Notes: generated by a model from the letters alone, not told the origin. 64,000 bases of DNA from Candidatus Marinacidobacterales bacterium (GCA_965219415.1 CBDCNP010000002.1:3840001-3904000), one strand, 5' to 3'; counted from the first letter of the stretch, positions 28,968 to 41,410 are shown. Program-made: numbers and translations.

Positions 28968-30809
28968 ATGTGCGGAATCATCGGTTACGTGGGACCCCAG
29001 CCGACGGTCGAAGTGCTGATCGATGGGCTCAAGCGCCTCGAATACCGAGGCTACGACTCGGCGGGTTTAGCGGTCGTCCGGAACGGAACACTCAACGTCC
29101 TCCGCTCCCAAGGGAACCTCAACAATCTCGAGCGCCAGCTATCGAAAGCCGAGCTCGATGGAAGCTACGGCCTCGGCCATACCCGTTGGGCCACTCACGG
29201 CCGTCCCAACGAAGAGAACGCGCACCCTCACCGAGACTGCACCGACACTTTGGTCGTCGTTCACAACGGCATCGTCGAAAACTATCTCGAGCTCAAAGCC
29301 AAGCTCTCGGAGGAGGGTCATCGTTTCGTCACCGAGACCGATACCGAGGTCATCGCTCACCTGATCGAGAAGCATCTCGATAAGAGCCTGGAGCGGGCAG
29401 TCTTGGACGCTCTCAAGGAGCTCGAAGGCGTTTTCGCATTCGCCTCCCTCTCCGCGAAAGACCCGGACAAACTTGTCGCCGCTCGTAACGGTCCACCCCT
29501 GGTCATTGGGCTGGGAGAAAACGAGGCCTTCATCGCCTCGGACGTTCCGGCCTTCCTCGCTCACAGCCGCGACGTCGTCTTTCTCGACGATGGTGAGGTG
29601 GCAGTCGTTCGTTCCGACGGGGTTGTCCTCATGGATCGTGACGGCGTCGAAAAAGACTGCTCTCCGACGCGCATTACGTGGGACCCGGTCAAGGTGGAGA
29701 AACAAGGATTCAAGCACTTCATGCTCAAGGAGATCTATGAGCAACCGCGCACGGTCCGAGACACTCTACTCGGGCGGTATTCTCTCGATAGCGGGTGCGT
29801 ACACCTCGAGGAAGCCGGGTTGCAAGAGGATCTCATCAAGCGGCTCGAGAAGATCACCATCCTTGCCTGCGGTACGAGCTGGCATGCGGCGCTTGTCGGA
29901 AAATTCCTCATCGAGGCCAACGCACACTTGCCGGTGCAAGTAGACGTGGCTTCGGAGTTCCGCTACCGACACCTCATTCTCGGGAAGGACGATCTGGTCG
30001 TCGGCATCAGCCAATCGGGAGAGACCGCGGACACGCTGGCGGCACTTCGCGCGGCCGGTGACAGTGGCGCCACAACCCTGGCTATCTGTAACGTGACCGG
30101 GAGCATGGCGACCCGTGTCTCAAGCGCGACGCTATACACCCACGCCGGACCCGAGATCGGTGTGGCCTCCACGAAAACGTTTGCCGCGCAGCTGGTGGCG
30201 CTGCACCTGCTGGCCCTTTACCTCGCGCAGGGTCGAGGCGGCCTTTCTTCCGAACAAGTGCGAGAGCGACTCAACGAGCTTGCGAGGGTCGCCCATTTTA
30301 TAGAGCAAGTGCTCACCCTCTCTCCGGAGATCGAGTCCATCGCCAGAGATTTCTATCTGGCGCCCAATTTTCTCTATTTGGGGCGCGGCCTCCTCTACCC
30401 CATTGCGCTCGAGGGGGCTCTCAAGCTCAAAGAGCTCTCCTATATTCATGCCGAGGGATACCCGGCGGGCGAAATGAAACACGGACCGATCGCGCTCATC
30501 GATGAACGCATGCCGGTGGTAGCGCTCGCTCCGTCCGACTCGCTTTTCGAGAAAATGGCCAACAACATCCAGGAAGCCAAGGCGCGCGGCGCCCGCCTCA
30601 TCGTTTTTGGAACCGAGGGCGAGTCCCGCCTCAAGGAGATCCTCGATGACGAGCACGATCGGCTCGTCGAGCTTCCGCCGCATCCCGCAGCCGTTTCCCC
30701 ACTGCTCATGGTCGTGCCGCTCCAACTGCTCGCTTATCACATCGCCGTCGCTCGCGGGTGCGACGTCGATCAGCCCCGCAACCTGGCGAAGTCGGTGACT
30801 GTTGAGTAG
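28968..30809 (+). CDS. glmS: Glutamine-fructose-6-phosphate transaminase
   Basis: MCGIIG start at ATG 28968; EYRGYDSAG, GHTRWATHG, SQSGETADT, PRNLAKSVTVE. Confidence 0.97.
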   Translation: MCGIIGYVGPQPTVEVLIDGLKRLEYRGYDSAGLAVVRNGTLNVLRSQGNLNNLERQLSKAELDGSYGLGHTRWATHGRPNEENAHPHRDCTDTLVVVHNGIVENYLELKAKLSEEGHRFVTETDTEVIAHLIEKHLDKSLERAVLDALKELEGVFAFASLSAKDPDKLVAARNGPPLVIGLGENEAFIASDVPAFLAHSRDVVFLDDGEVAVVRSDGVVLMDRDGVEKDCSPTRITWDPVKVEKQGFKHFMLKEIYEQPRTVRDTLLGRYSLDSGCVHLEEAGLQEDLIKRLEKITILACGTSWHAALVGKFLIEANAHLPVQVDVASEFRYRHLILGKDDLVVGISQSGETADTLAALRAAGDSGATTLAICNVTGSMATRVSSATLYTHAGPEIGVASTKTFAAQLVALHLLALYLAQGRGGLSSEQVRERLNELARVAHFIEQVLTLSPEIESIARDFYLAPNFLYLGRGLLYPIALEGALKLKELSYIHAEGYPAGEMKHGPIALIDERMPVVALAPSDSLFEKMANNIQEAKARGARLIVFGTEGESRLKEILDDEHDRLVELPPHPAAVSPLLMVVPLQLLAYHIAVARGCDVDQPRNLAKSVTVE

Positions 30810-32991
30810 TTCGGACCCCAAGGCTCCCGACATACTCTCCGAGCTCAATCCCGGCCAGACGGCTGCGGTCACGGCACCGGACGGACCCGTGCTAGTGCTC
30901 GCCGGCGCGGGTTCGGGAAAGACTCGAGCCATCGCGCACCGCGTGGCCTTTCTCATAGGAGAAAGGAACGCCCCGCCTTGGACGATCTTGGCGCTCACGT
31001 TCACCAACAGGGCGGCCGGCGAGATGCGCTCGCGCGTCGAAGCCTTGGTCGGAGAAGCGGCACCCGATCTGTGGATCTCGACGTTCCACTCTCTCGGCCT
31101 TCGCCTCCTCCGGCGCTTCGGCACCGATATCGGTTTACCTTCGGAGTTCGTCGTTCACGACGAACAAGATCGCCGAACTCTGCTCCGGCGAGTTCTCATG
31201 GAGATCGGCGTCACCGAGCGCGAGTATCCGCTTGCGCGAGTCGCGTCCGCCGTATCCGCCAGGAAAAACGCCGCCTTCGGAAGTGAGGTGTCTCCCCGCT
31301 GGTGGAGAGAACGCGATCGACTCGTCCTCGACCGCGCTCTCGAGCGCTACCAAAAATCCCTTGAAGATGCAGGCGGTGTCGACTTCGACGACCTTCTCAT
31401 CCGCTCCGTAGAACTGCTGGAGTGCTCCGAAAAAACACGCGCCTTCGCCGAGCGACGCTTCCGGCACCTCTTGGTGGATGAGTACCAGGACACCAACCGG
31501 ATTCAGTACCGTTTGATGCGGCTCCTCGCCCCCCACCAAAACGTCTTCGTGGTGGGTGACGAGGATCAATCCATCTACAACTTTCGGGGGGCGGATCTTC
31601 GAAACATTCTCGACTTCGAGAAAGACTTCCCGGGCGCGCAGCTGGTTAAGCTCGAGGACAACTACCGTTCCACCAGTGCCATTCTTGAGGCGGCGAGCAG
31701 TCTCATCGCCCACAACGAAGAACGCAAAGGGAAGAAACTTGTCGCTAAGCGCGGCGAAGGAGAGGCGCCTCGAGTCTATGCGGCAGAGACGGATTGGACC
31801 GAGTGTCACTTCGTCGCGGATCAGATCGAGTCGCTCCGCCAAGAGTCGACCACTAGCCGCGTCGCGGTTCTCTTCCGCACCCACGCACAGACACGTCTCT
31901 TCGAAGAGGAGTTCGTACGCCGAGGCATCCCTCACCTCCTGGTGGGCGGGCAGCGGTTCTACGAACGGCGTGAGGTCAAAGACGCCCTCTGCTACCTGCG
32001 GTTGGTCTTGAATCCGCAGGACAATGCCAGTTTCTTGCGGGCAATCAACACACCGCCTCGCGGTTTTGGAGCAGCCACCCTAGCGCTCACCGAGCAAAGG
32101 GCATCCGAGCACAGTCTTTCTCTCTGGGATGCGGCCGCCCGGCTGGATGACGAGAACGCCATCCCGGCGAGGGCGAGCCAAGGACTCGCTTCCTTCCGAG
32201 ACATACGCGAAGATCTTGCGAAGCATGCGATCAAAGCGACGATTGGTTCTTTAGTCGAGGAGACGCTCACGCGAAGCGGCCTCACCGCGGCGCTCGAGAA
32301 AGAGAACGCCGTAGAGGCTGAAGGGCGAGTCGAGAACCTCCTTCAACTGGTGACCGCCGCCATCGATTACGAGGAGCGGGAGAAGGAGCCGTCGCTTGCC
32401 GGTTTTCTCGATCGCGTGAGTTTGCTCACCGATCTGGATACCGTCAAGGAAGAGGCGCCCTGCCTTCTCATGACTCTCCATGGCGCGAAGGGACTCGAGT
32501 TCGACGTCGTTTTCTTGACTGGTCTCGAGGAGGGACTCTTTCCCCATTTTCGCTCCGCCGGGGACCGACGTGCGCTCGAGGAGGAGCGGCGTCTCTGCTA
32601 CGTGGGGATGACGCGAGCCAAAACCTTGCTGTTTCTGACCTACGCTCTCAATCGAAGATCCGCCCTCGAGAAGGAAGGCCGGACGCCGTCCCGCTTCCTG
32701 AACGAGATCCCGGCCGAGATCCTCGCGGGCGACGCTTCGCCTGACATGACGACGACGCCCGTCGCAGGTCCGGGCCGTCTTTCTCCAGGTGCGGCGGTGC
32801 GGCACGCCCGCTTCGGCGAGGGAACTATCGTGGAAGCCGAACCGCCTGGCACCGAGCAAAAGATCACGGTGCTCTTTCGACGCGCCGGTCGCAAGAAACT
32901 CGTCGCCCGCTTCGCGAAGCTCGAAGTCCTAAAGAACGCAAGTCCTGCCAAGGACAAACGCACGCGTCCCTACCGCCGTCTGACGCTCTAG
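30802..32991 (+). CDS. pcrA: ATP-dependent DNA helicase PcrA/UvrD
   Basis: AGAGSGKT, VDEYQDTN, GDEDQSIYNFRGA, NYRS, EERRLCYVGMTRA, C-terminal Tudor-like domain. Confidence 0.93.
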   Translation: MSSSDPKAPDILSELNPGQTAAVTAPDGPVLVLAGAGSGKTRAIAHRVAFLIGERNAPPWTILALTFTNRAAGEMRSRVEALVGEAAPDLWISTFHSLGLRLLRRFGTDIGLPSEFVVHDEQDRRTLLRRVLMEIGVTEREYPLARVASAVSARKNAAFGSEVSPRWWRERDRLVLDRALERYQKSLEDAGGVDFDDLLIRSVELLECSEKTRAFAERRFRHLLVDEYQDTNRIQYRLMRLLAPHQNVFVVGDEDQSIYNFRGADLRNILDFEKDFPGAQLVKLEDNYRSTSAILEAASSLIAHNEERKGKKLVAKRGEGEAPRVYAAETDWTECHFVADQIESLRQESTTSRVAVLFRTHAQTRLFEEEFVRRGIPHLLVGGQRFYERREVKDALCYLRLVLNPQDNASFLRAINTPPRGFGAATLALTEQRASEHSLSLWDAAARLDDENAIPARASQGLASFRDIREDLAKHAIKATIGSLVEETLTRSGLTAALEKENAVEAEGRVENLLQLVTAAIDYEEREKEPSLAGFLDRVSLLTDLDTVKEEAPCLLMTLHGAKGLEFDVVFLTGLEEGLFPHFRSAGDRRALEEERRLCYVGMTRAKTLLFLTYALNRRSALEKEGRTPSRFLNEIPAEILAGDASPDMTTTPVAGPGRLSPGAAVRHARFGEGTIVEAEPPGTEQKITVLFRRAGRKKLVARFAKLEVLKNASPAKDKRTRPYRRLTL

Positions 32992-33017
32992 TCATGGCAT
33001 CGCCGTATCGTGACGGC
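32975..33017 (-). repeat. Copy of dispersed ~44-bp element overlapping the pcrA stop
   Basis: rc = GCCGTC ACGATA CGGCGATGCCATGACTAGA GCGTCA GACGGC; perfect 6-bp terminal IR; flanks match the copy at 52596. Confidence 0.65.
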
Positions 33018-33060
33018 CGAACTGTGAGGAACGCGACCCTTTCACCCCGCCAGAGGAAAC

Positions 33061-33762
33061 TCACTCCCCCCGTTGCTTAATGCTGACGATGATCCAACGC
33101 GAGGGCGGGGTGAAATTGTTCTGCAGGTTCATCAGCTCGTACTTGCTTAGTGTGAAGACGTAGACTGTTTCGGGAGCGGAAGCCGTCTCCACGTCGACTA
33201 CCACTTCCCGCGTCAGGACTTCGCCGTCAAAAAGTTCGATGTCATCCGACGACATCACCGACTTCCGGGACGGTTTCTTCTCGTCCTCGATCACTTTCTT
33301 GATCTCGCGGAGGTCGAGCTCCTGCGCCGCTCGCTCCTTTCGGTAAAACTGGTACTCGGCATGGAGATCGGCGAGCTTGCCCTTGAACGCGTAGTCGGGA
33401 TTCTGCTCGAGCCTTTCCTCGATCAGTAAGAGTTCTGAGTAGTTGGCGAGTCGGAAGTCTGAGAATACGGCGAACTGTGCGTCGCGCTCGATCTTGGCGA
33501 TCTCCGCCGCACTACGAAGCTCGCCTAGCTTGAACGGCGCGCTGGTGGTCGGCCCGACCTCGACGACATCCCATGATTGGATGGCGCTTCCGGGGAAGGA
33601 AACCATAGAGAGCGCGGCGACGGTGTTGGTGTTCTCGTTCATCGTGGCGCGGAAAAATTTCCTCAAAACCTCCTGCTCCGCTCCGCCACAGGCGGTGGCG
33701 GAGATCAGAATGGCGATTCCGAAGCACACTAGCCATTGGCTACGGCCGTTCGATCGACGCAT
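33061..33762 (-). CDS. Hypothetical lipoprotein
   Basis: Basic N-terminus, hydrophobic stretch and ATAC lipobox-like site; GGAGG RBS upstream. Confidence 0.7.
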   Translation of the reverse strand: MRRSNGRSQWLVCFGIAILISATACGGAEQEVLRKFFRATMNENTNTVAALSMVSFPGSAIQSWDVVEVGPTTSAPFKLGELRSAAEIAKIERDAQFAVFSDFRLANYSELLLIEERLEQNPDYAFKGKLADLHAEYQFYRKERAAQELDLREIKKVIEDEKKPSRKSVMSSDDIELFDGEVLTREVVVDVETASAPETVYVFTLSKYELMNLQNNFTPPSRWIIVSIKQRGE

Positions 33763-33777
33763 GCTTGCCGGCCTCCT

Positions 33778-33818
33778 GCTCCCGGCTCCCGGCTCCCGGC
33801 TCCCGGCTCCCGGCTCCC
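33778..33818. repeat. Heptamer tandem repeat (GCTCCCG)x5 plus a partial sixth unit
   Basis: Read directly from the sequence, between two co-oriented minus-strand genes. Confidence 0.95.
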
Positions 33819-33841
33819 CGACTTCGACTTCCTCTAGCGCC

Positions 33842-34702
33842 CTAAGGTTGAGCCCTACGGCCTCGACCCCAGCGGAATGGCTGCTCGAGCTCCTCGCCGG
33901 CCTCTACCGAGTGCTGCGCTTCCTCCTGCTGCCGAAGGCGAGCCGCCATGCTCGCGAGCTCGGGATCGCCTGGAAACTCTTCCTCGGCTCTACCAAGGAT
34001 CGTCCCGGCCTCGTCGTAACGATGAAGATCTCCCAGCGCTTCTGCTTCCATTAGGTACGCCTTGCGACGCGTATCAGGCTCCTCGGTTCGGGCGAGGAGC
34101 TTCTCCAGCGTTTCAAGGCTCTTCTCGGCACGCCCATCCAAACGATGGATATGCGCGAGCCGCAGATGCGCGATCGCCGAACCCTCCCCGTAGGGAAATT
34201 CCCGAACCACCCGACGGTAGACCTGGGCGGCCAACACCAGCTCATCGGTGTCGTATCGACAGTTCGCGATTTTCAGAAGCAAGTTCTTCGTTTCGGCGGT
34301 ATCAGTCTCGGCGGCCAAAAGCAACTCGTACTCTTCTATCGCCTTCTCCGGCTGCCCAAGATCTTGCTCGTACATGCGAGCCAAAACGCCGTGCGCATCG
34401 CGGGTGACCTCCGCATCCGGGTAAAAGCTTAGCAGCTTCCGCAGAGTCGACCGCGCCGTTTCGACATCCCTCCGCTGGAGGTAGTGGATGAGTGCCAGGT
34501 TGTACAAAGCCTGCGCCGCTTCGGGGCTGCCGGGGGCTTGAATCGTTACCTCGGTGTAGTGCTCTATCGCCTCATGATAGCGTCCTTGCCCCAGCGCTTC
34601 TCGCGCCGCCGCGAGCTCGTCCGAGCCAGGAGAGGAACACGCGAAGACACCGCCGCACGCCAGGATTGCTAGGAGTAACAGCAGGATTGAGCGGGTAGGC
34701 AT
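33842..34702 (-). CDS. TPR-repeat lipoprotein (BamD/CpoB-like repeats)
   Basis: Signal peptide with LAC / VFAC lipobox candidates; repeated TPR units ending in YP/FP. Confidence 0.75.
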   Translation of the reverse strand: MPTRSILLLLLAILACGGVFACSSPGSDELAAAREALGQGRYHEAIEHYTEVTIQAPGSPEAAQALYNLALIHYLQRRDVETARSTLRKLLSFYPDAEVTRDAHGVLARMYEQDLGQPEKAIEEYELLLAAETDTAETKNLLLKIANCRYDTDELVLAAQVYRRVVREFPYGEGSAIAHLRLAHIHRLDGRAEKSLETLEKLLARTEEPDTRRKAYLMEAEALGDLHRYDEAGTILGRAEEEFPGDPELASMAARLRQQEEAQHSVEAGEELEQPFRWGRGRRAQP

Positions 34703-34778
34703 GACCTTTGAGCTCCGTTGGCCGGCTCACACACCAGGCGACTTCAAGGCCGGAGTATCTCTAGTGTGGTTGGTGTTC

Positions 34779-37256
34779 TTAGCCGGGGTCGTCGTCCTTG
34801 GGACCTTCTCCGTTGGTCTCATCTTGCTTTTCGGCAAGCGTCGCGATCGCCACGACGTGATCTCCCTCGTCGACCTGGATGAGTCGAACGCCTTGCGTCG
34901 CCCGTCCCAGGACTCCGATTCCATCTACTCGCAGACGCAGAATCATCCCGTTGCCGGTCACGACCATGATCTCGTCTTCATTGCGCACGAATCGGACACC
35001 AACCACCGGACCGTTCCTCTCGGTGGTTTTGATGTTGATGATACCTTTTCCGCCTCGGCTCTGGAGTCGGTACTGCTCAAGGGAGGTCCGTTTACCGTAC
35101 CCTTGATCGGTGACAGTGAGGAGAGTCCCCTCTTTCTCGACCACCGACATGCCGACGACTCGATCCGCCTTCCGTAGCTCGATACCTTTGACCCCCGCTG
35201 CCGTCCGCCCCATGGGTCGGACATCGGATGCCGCGAAACGAATGGCGAGCCCGTTCCTGGTGGCGAGCACGGCTTGGTCTTCGCTGCCAGTCACCACCGC
35301 CGCGATCAGAGAATCTCCCTCGGGGATGCCGATGGCGATGATCCCCCTGGACATCGGATTGGAAAAAGCGGACAGCGGTGTTTTTTTCACCCTTCCGCTT
35401 TGCGTCGCCATCAAAACGTGTCGATCGTCGGGGAATTCCTTCACCGGGCAGACCGCGGTGAGCTTCTCCTTGGAGCTCATCGAGACGAGATTGACGATGG
35501 CCTTTCCTTTGCCCGCCGTGCCAACCTCGGGGATCTCGTGCACCTTGCGCCAGTACACCTTTCCACGATCGGTGAAGATGAGTATGTAGTCATGGGTGGA
35601 GGCAATGAAGAGCCGGTTCACGAAGTCCTCGTCACGGGTCCGCATGCCGATCCGTCCCTTGCCCCCGCGTTTCTGCTTGCGATAAACGGTGACCGGACTT
35701 CGCTTGATATAGCCCAGATGGGACACCGTGATGACCATGTCCTCTTCCACGATCATGTCCTCCACGCGGATCTCGCGGGTCTTGGCGATGATCTCGGTGC
35801 GACGGGTATCGCCGTACTTTTCCTTGACCTCGAGAAGCTCCTCTCCAACGATTTCCTTGATCCTCGCTTCGCTGGCCAGAATGGCTTTCAACTCCGCAAC
35901 CAGCTTCTGGACTTCCTTGTGCTCGTCGACGATTTTCTGGCGCTCCATCCCGGTCAAGCGATGGAGCTGGAGATCGAGAATCGCCTGGGCCTGGATCTGC
36001 GAGAACTCGTAACGAGAGATCAACTGTTCCCGCGCCTCGGCGGGCGTGCTCGCGGCACGGATGAGATCGATGATCTCGTCCAGATGATCGAGCGCCTTGA
36101 CGAAGCCTTCTAAGATATGCGCTCGCGCTTGCGCTTTGGCGAGGTCGAAGGCGGTTCGTCGGCGTACGACATCCCGGCGAAAATCTAGAAACTGTTTGAC
36201 GATCTCTAGGAGCGGAAAGACCTTGGGCCGATTCTCAGAAATGGCGAGGAGAATGACCCCGAAACTCGTTTGCAGCGCCGTGTGCTTGTAGAGACTGTTC
36301 AGAACCACCTGAGGCACTTCGCCTCGTTTGAGCTCCAATACCATACGCATGCCGCGGCGGTCCGATTCATCCCGCAAGTCCGAGATGCCTTCCAGTTTCC
36401 GGTCTCGAACCAACTCGGCAATTTTCTCCAGAAGCCGTGCCTTGTTGACCTGGTAAGGGATCTCGGTGACGATGATCGCATGACGCTCCTTACCGATGTC
36501 TTCGATCTCGGCACGAGCGCGTAGCTGAATCGTTCCTCGCCCGGTTCGATAGGCCTGCTCGATTCCTTCCCGACCATGAACGAAACCCGCGGTCGGAAAA
36601 TCGGGCCCCGGTATTCGCGCCAGCAGGCCGTTGGTCAGTTCGTGGTCCGACAACTCTGGGCTATCGAGTACGAAGATCGCTCCGGCGACAATCTCAGCCA
36701 AGTTGTGCGGAGGAATGTTCGTCGCCATACCCACGGCGATGCCACTGGTCCCGTTGACCAACAGATTCGGCACCGCGGTCGGTAGCACTGTCGGCTCCTC
36801 GACATTGCCGTCGAAGTTGGGGGTGAAGTCCACGGTGTCTTTGTCCAGATCCCGCATCATTCCCTCGGCCAGCGGCGTTAGCCTGGCCTCGGTGTAACGG
36901 TACGCAGCGGGGGGATCGCCATCCACGGATCCGAAGTTTCCCTGTCCGTCGATGAGCGGGTAGCGCAGGTTGAAGCCTTGCGCCATGCGCACCAGGGTGT
37001 CGTAGACCGCGGAATCGCCGTGCGGGTGGTACTTCTTTAGGACCTCTCCGACGATGCCGGCGCACTTAGAGTACGGTCGATTGGAAAGCAGCCCCTCGCG
37101 GAACATCGCGTACAGCACCCGGCGGTGGACCGGTTTCAGACCGTCGCGAACGTCAGGGAGAGCGCGGCCGATGATCACCGACATGGCATAGTCCATGTAG
37201 GACTTTTTCATCTCGTCTTCGATGTTGACCGGCAGCTGTTCAGCCGCTATGACCAT
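34779..37256 (-). CDS. gyrA: DNA gyrase subunit A
   Basis: GRALPDVRDGLKPVHRR, HPHGDS, AAYRYTE, GyrA box QKRGGKG. Confidence 0.98.
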   Translation of the reverse strand: MVIAAEQLPVNIEDEMKKSYMDYAMSVIIGRALPDVRDGLKPVHRRVLYAMFREGLLSNRPYSKCAGIVGEVLKKYHPHGDSAVYDTLVRMAQGFNLRYPLIDGQGNFGSVDGDPPAAYRYTEARLTPLAEGMMRDLDKDTVDFTPNFDGNVEEPTVLPTAVPNLLVNGTSGIAVGMATNIPPHNLAEIVAGAIFVLDSPELSDHELTNGLLARIPGPDFPTAGFVHGREGIEQAYRTGRGTIQLRARAEIEDIGKERHAIIVTEIPYQVNKARLLEKIAELVRDRKLEGISDLRDESDRRGMRMVLELKRGEVPQVVLNSLYKHTALQTSFGVILLAISENRPKVFPLLEIVKQFLDFRRDVVRRRTAFDLAKAQARAHILEGFVKALDHLDEIIDLIRAASTPAEAREQLISRYEFSQIQAQAILDLQLHRLTGMERQKIVDEHKEVQKLVAELKAILASEARIKEIVGEELLEVKEKYGDTRRTEIIAKTREIRVEDMIVEEDMVITVSHLGYIKRSPVTVYRKQKRGGKGRIGMRTRDEDFVNRLFIASTHDYILIFTDRGKVYWRKVHEIPEVGTAGKGKAIVNLVSMSSKEKLTAVCPVKEFPDDRHVLMATQSGRVKKTPLSAFSNPMSRGIIAIGIPEGDSLIAAVVTGSEDQAVLATRNGLAIRFAASDVRPMGRTAAGVKGIELRKADRVVGMSVVEKEGTLLTVTDQGYGKRTSLEQYRLQSRGGKGIINIKTTERNGPVVGVRFVRNEDEIMVVTGNGMILRLRVDGIGVLGRATQGVRLIQVDEGDHVVAIATLAEKQDETNGEGPKDDDPG

Positions 37257-37354
37257 GCGGTGCTCCTTCTTTTTTCTCTATTCTCTTTCTCGGAGGGGGA
37301 AGAAATGCGAGAGTCTGGTGAGACGCAAATAATCCGGGTTCGTCCCTCTACGGC

Positions 37355-39829
<2,475 letters not shown>

Positions 39830-39861
39830 CTAATCTTTTCTGGTAGTTATTCGTGCGGCAC

Positions 39862-40971
39862 TCAAGTCCTCATGGGCATGACAACGTAACGGTAATCCAC
39901 TTCTTTACTCTCGTTGGAGGGCCTTAGTAAACACTGGGATGAGTCATCCTTGAGTTCTAGCCTAACCTTTTCCGAATCCTCGACGTTTAGAAAATCGAGT
40001 ATGTACTGTCCGTTGAAGCCGACTTCGAGACTGTCCCCACCGTACTCGACTTCCATCTCTTCCCTCGCTTCGCCAAGCTCTGGATTCTGTGAAGATATCT
40101 CCATCTTATCGGAGTCTATCGCCATGCGTACGGCACGGGACCGCTCGTTCGCTAAGAGCGAGACCCGTCGAAGCGCTCCGCAAAGAGAATCTCGACGACA
40201 CAGAACAATCTTGTCGTTCCCCTTTGGAATGACCTTGTCATAAACTGGAAATTGATCTTCTACTCGCTTCGACACGAGAAGGCGGTCTTTCACTCGAAAG
40301 TAAAGATGGTTGTCTCCCTGGGAGAATTCGACTTTCCCGTCCGACTCACCCAAGATCTTAACCAACTCCAACAGAGTCTTCTTTGGGACGATGACCGATA
40401 AAGATCCTTCTCCCGACGCCTTACCTTTGACCATAATATAGGCTAGCCGGTGGCCGTCGGTGGCCACCATCCGAAAGCCTTCGGACCCAATCTCGAGCCT
40501 CGCTCCATTCAGAAAGTAGCGGCTGTCGTCCGCGGTGATGGCAAAGCTGGTCTTGTGAATCATCTCCCGTAGAACAGCCCCCGGAATGAGACAGGCGGAC
40601 TCTTTCGGTGGATCGGAAAGGGAGGGAAAATCCACCTTCGCCAAACCCACCATCTTGAAATAGGACCTACCACTGGTTATGGAGGCCCAGAAATTCTCTA
40701 GCTCCTTGATCTCGATCTGAGGCTCGGATACAGCGCGGACGATCTCGAAAAGCTTCTTGGCCGACAAGGTGAGGGAACCGGCGTCCTTTACCTCGGCTGG
40801 GAACCGGCAACGTAGGCCCACATCCAGATCGGTCGCCGAGAGCGTGACTTCGGAATCACCGGCATCAATGAGGACATTTCCCAGCACCGGAATAGTGTTC
40901 TTTCGCTCCACGATACCCTGAATCAAGGAAAGCTCCTTGAGTAACTCTTCCTTCCTAGCCGTAAACTCCAT
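39862..40971 (-). CDS. dnaN: DNA polymerase III beta clamp
   Basis: ATDL, VATDGHRL, GFN..YILD, YVVMPMR C-terminus. Confidence 0.97.
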   Translation of the reverse strand: MEFTARKEELLKELSLIQGIVERKNTIPVLGNVLIDAGDSEVTLSATDLDVGLRCRFPAEVKDAGSLTLSAKKLFEIVRAVSEPQIEIKELENFWASITSGRSYFKMVGLAKVDFPSLSDPPKESACLIPGAVLREMIHKTSFAITADDSRYFLNGARLEIGSEGFRMVATDGHRLAYIMVKGKASGEGSLSVIVPKKTLLELVKILGESDGKVEFSQGDNHLYFRVKDRLLVSKRVEDQFPVYDKVIPKGNDKIVLCRRDSLCGALRRVSLLANERSRAVRMAIDSDKMEISSQNPELGEAREEMEVEYGGDSLEVGFNGQYILDFLNVEDSEKVRLELKDDSSQCLLRPSNESKEVDYRYVVMPMRT

Positions 40972-40974
40972 TGG

Positions 40975-41200
40975 GTTTTTCCTTTTAGTAATAGATAGGT
41001 ATTAAACAAGTAATTATATCAATAATTCTCTGTTGAAACAAACAATATCCATACTTAAAGTTATTTAAATCAGCTATTTAGAAAGAAATTAAACCGTAGG
41101 AAATCCCGCGGATGAGATCTACTTAGAATTGTGGAAATTTGGCTTTGCAACTTACTCTCAGGTCTTCCACAGGTACGTGCAAAACTGTGTTGAAAGGTAA
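40975..41200. other. Replication origin (oriC): AT-rich unwinding region with DnaA-box-like sites
   Basis: Very AT-rich block between dnaA and dnaN; NAN triplet runs (TAG TAA TAG; AAC AAG TAA..TAT CAA TAA) resembling DnaA-trios; degenerate boxes TGTGGAAAT (41130) and TCTTCCACA (41163). Confidence 0.8.
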
Positions 41201-41235
41201 ACGAGTGTCGTGAAGGTGCCCCTGAAGTTGTGCCA

Positions 41236-41410
41236 GACGCCAAGCCAGCGAGGTGTGTCCATCAACCGAGCCAGGCGCCGGAGGCCAAAATAGGCAGTAG
41301 CTTCAATGGAGTTAGCCAGGCGTCGGTCAGACGGTTCCGCGCCTAGAAAAGAATGCTGCCATAATAGCCGTTAAAATAGGTTGTCTCAATGAACAATGTG
41401 GTCAGAGGGC
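41236..41410 (+). repeat. Three copies of the ~44-bp element (41236-41279, 41281-41324, 41367-41410)
   Basis: GACGCC AAGCCA N20 GAGCCA GGCGCC; GAGGCC AAAATA N20 TAGCCA GGCGTC; GCCGTT AAAATA N20 TGGTCA GAGGGC. Confidence 0.65.

Noticed and set aside
28940-28968. glmS ribozyme
   Set aside because: glmS starts 7 nt after the glmU stop, leaving no room for a leader
41236-41410. CRISPR array or integron attC sites as the explanation for the tandem repeats
   Set aside because: Units are degenerate with homologous cores rather than unique spacers; no cas or intI genes; no RYYYAAC/GTTRRRY ends
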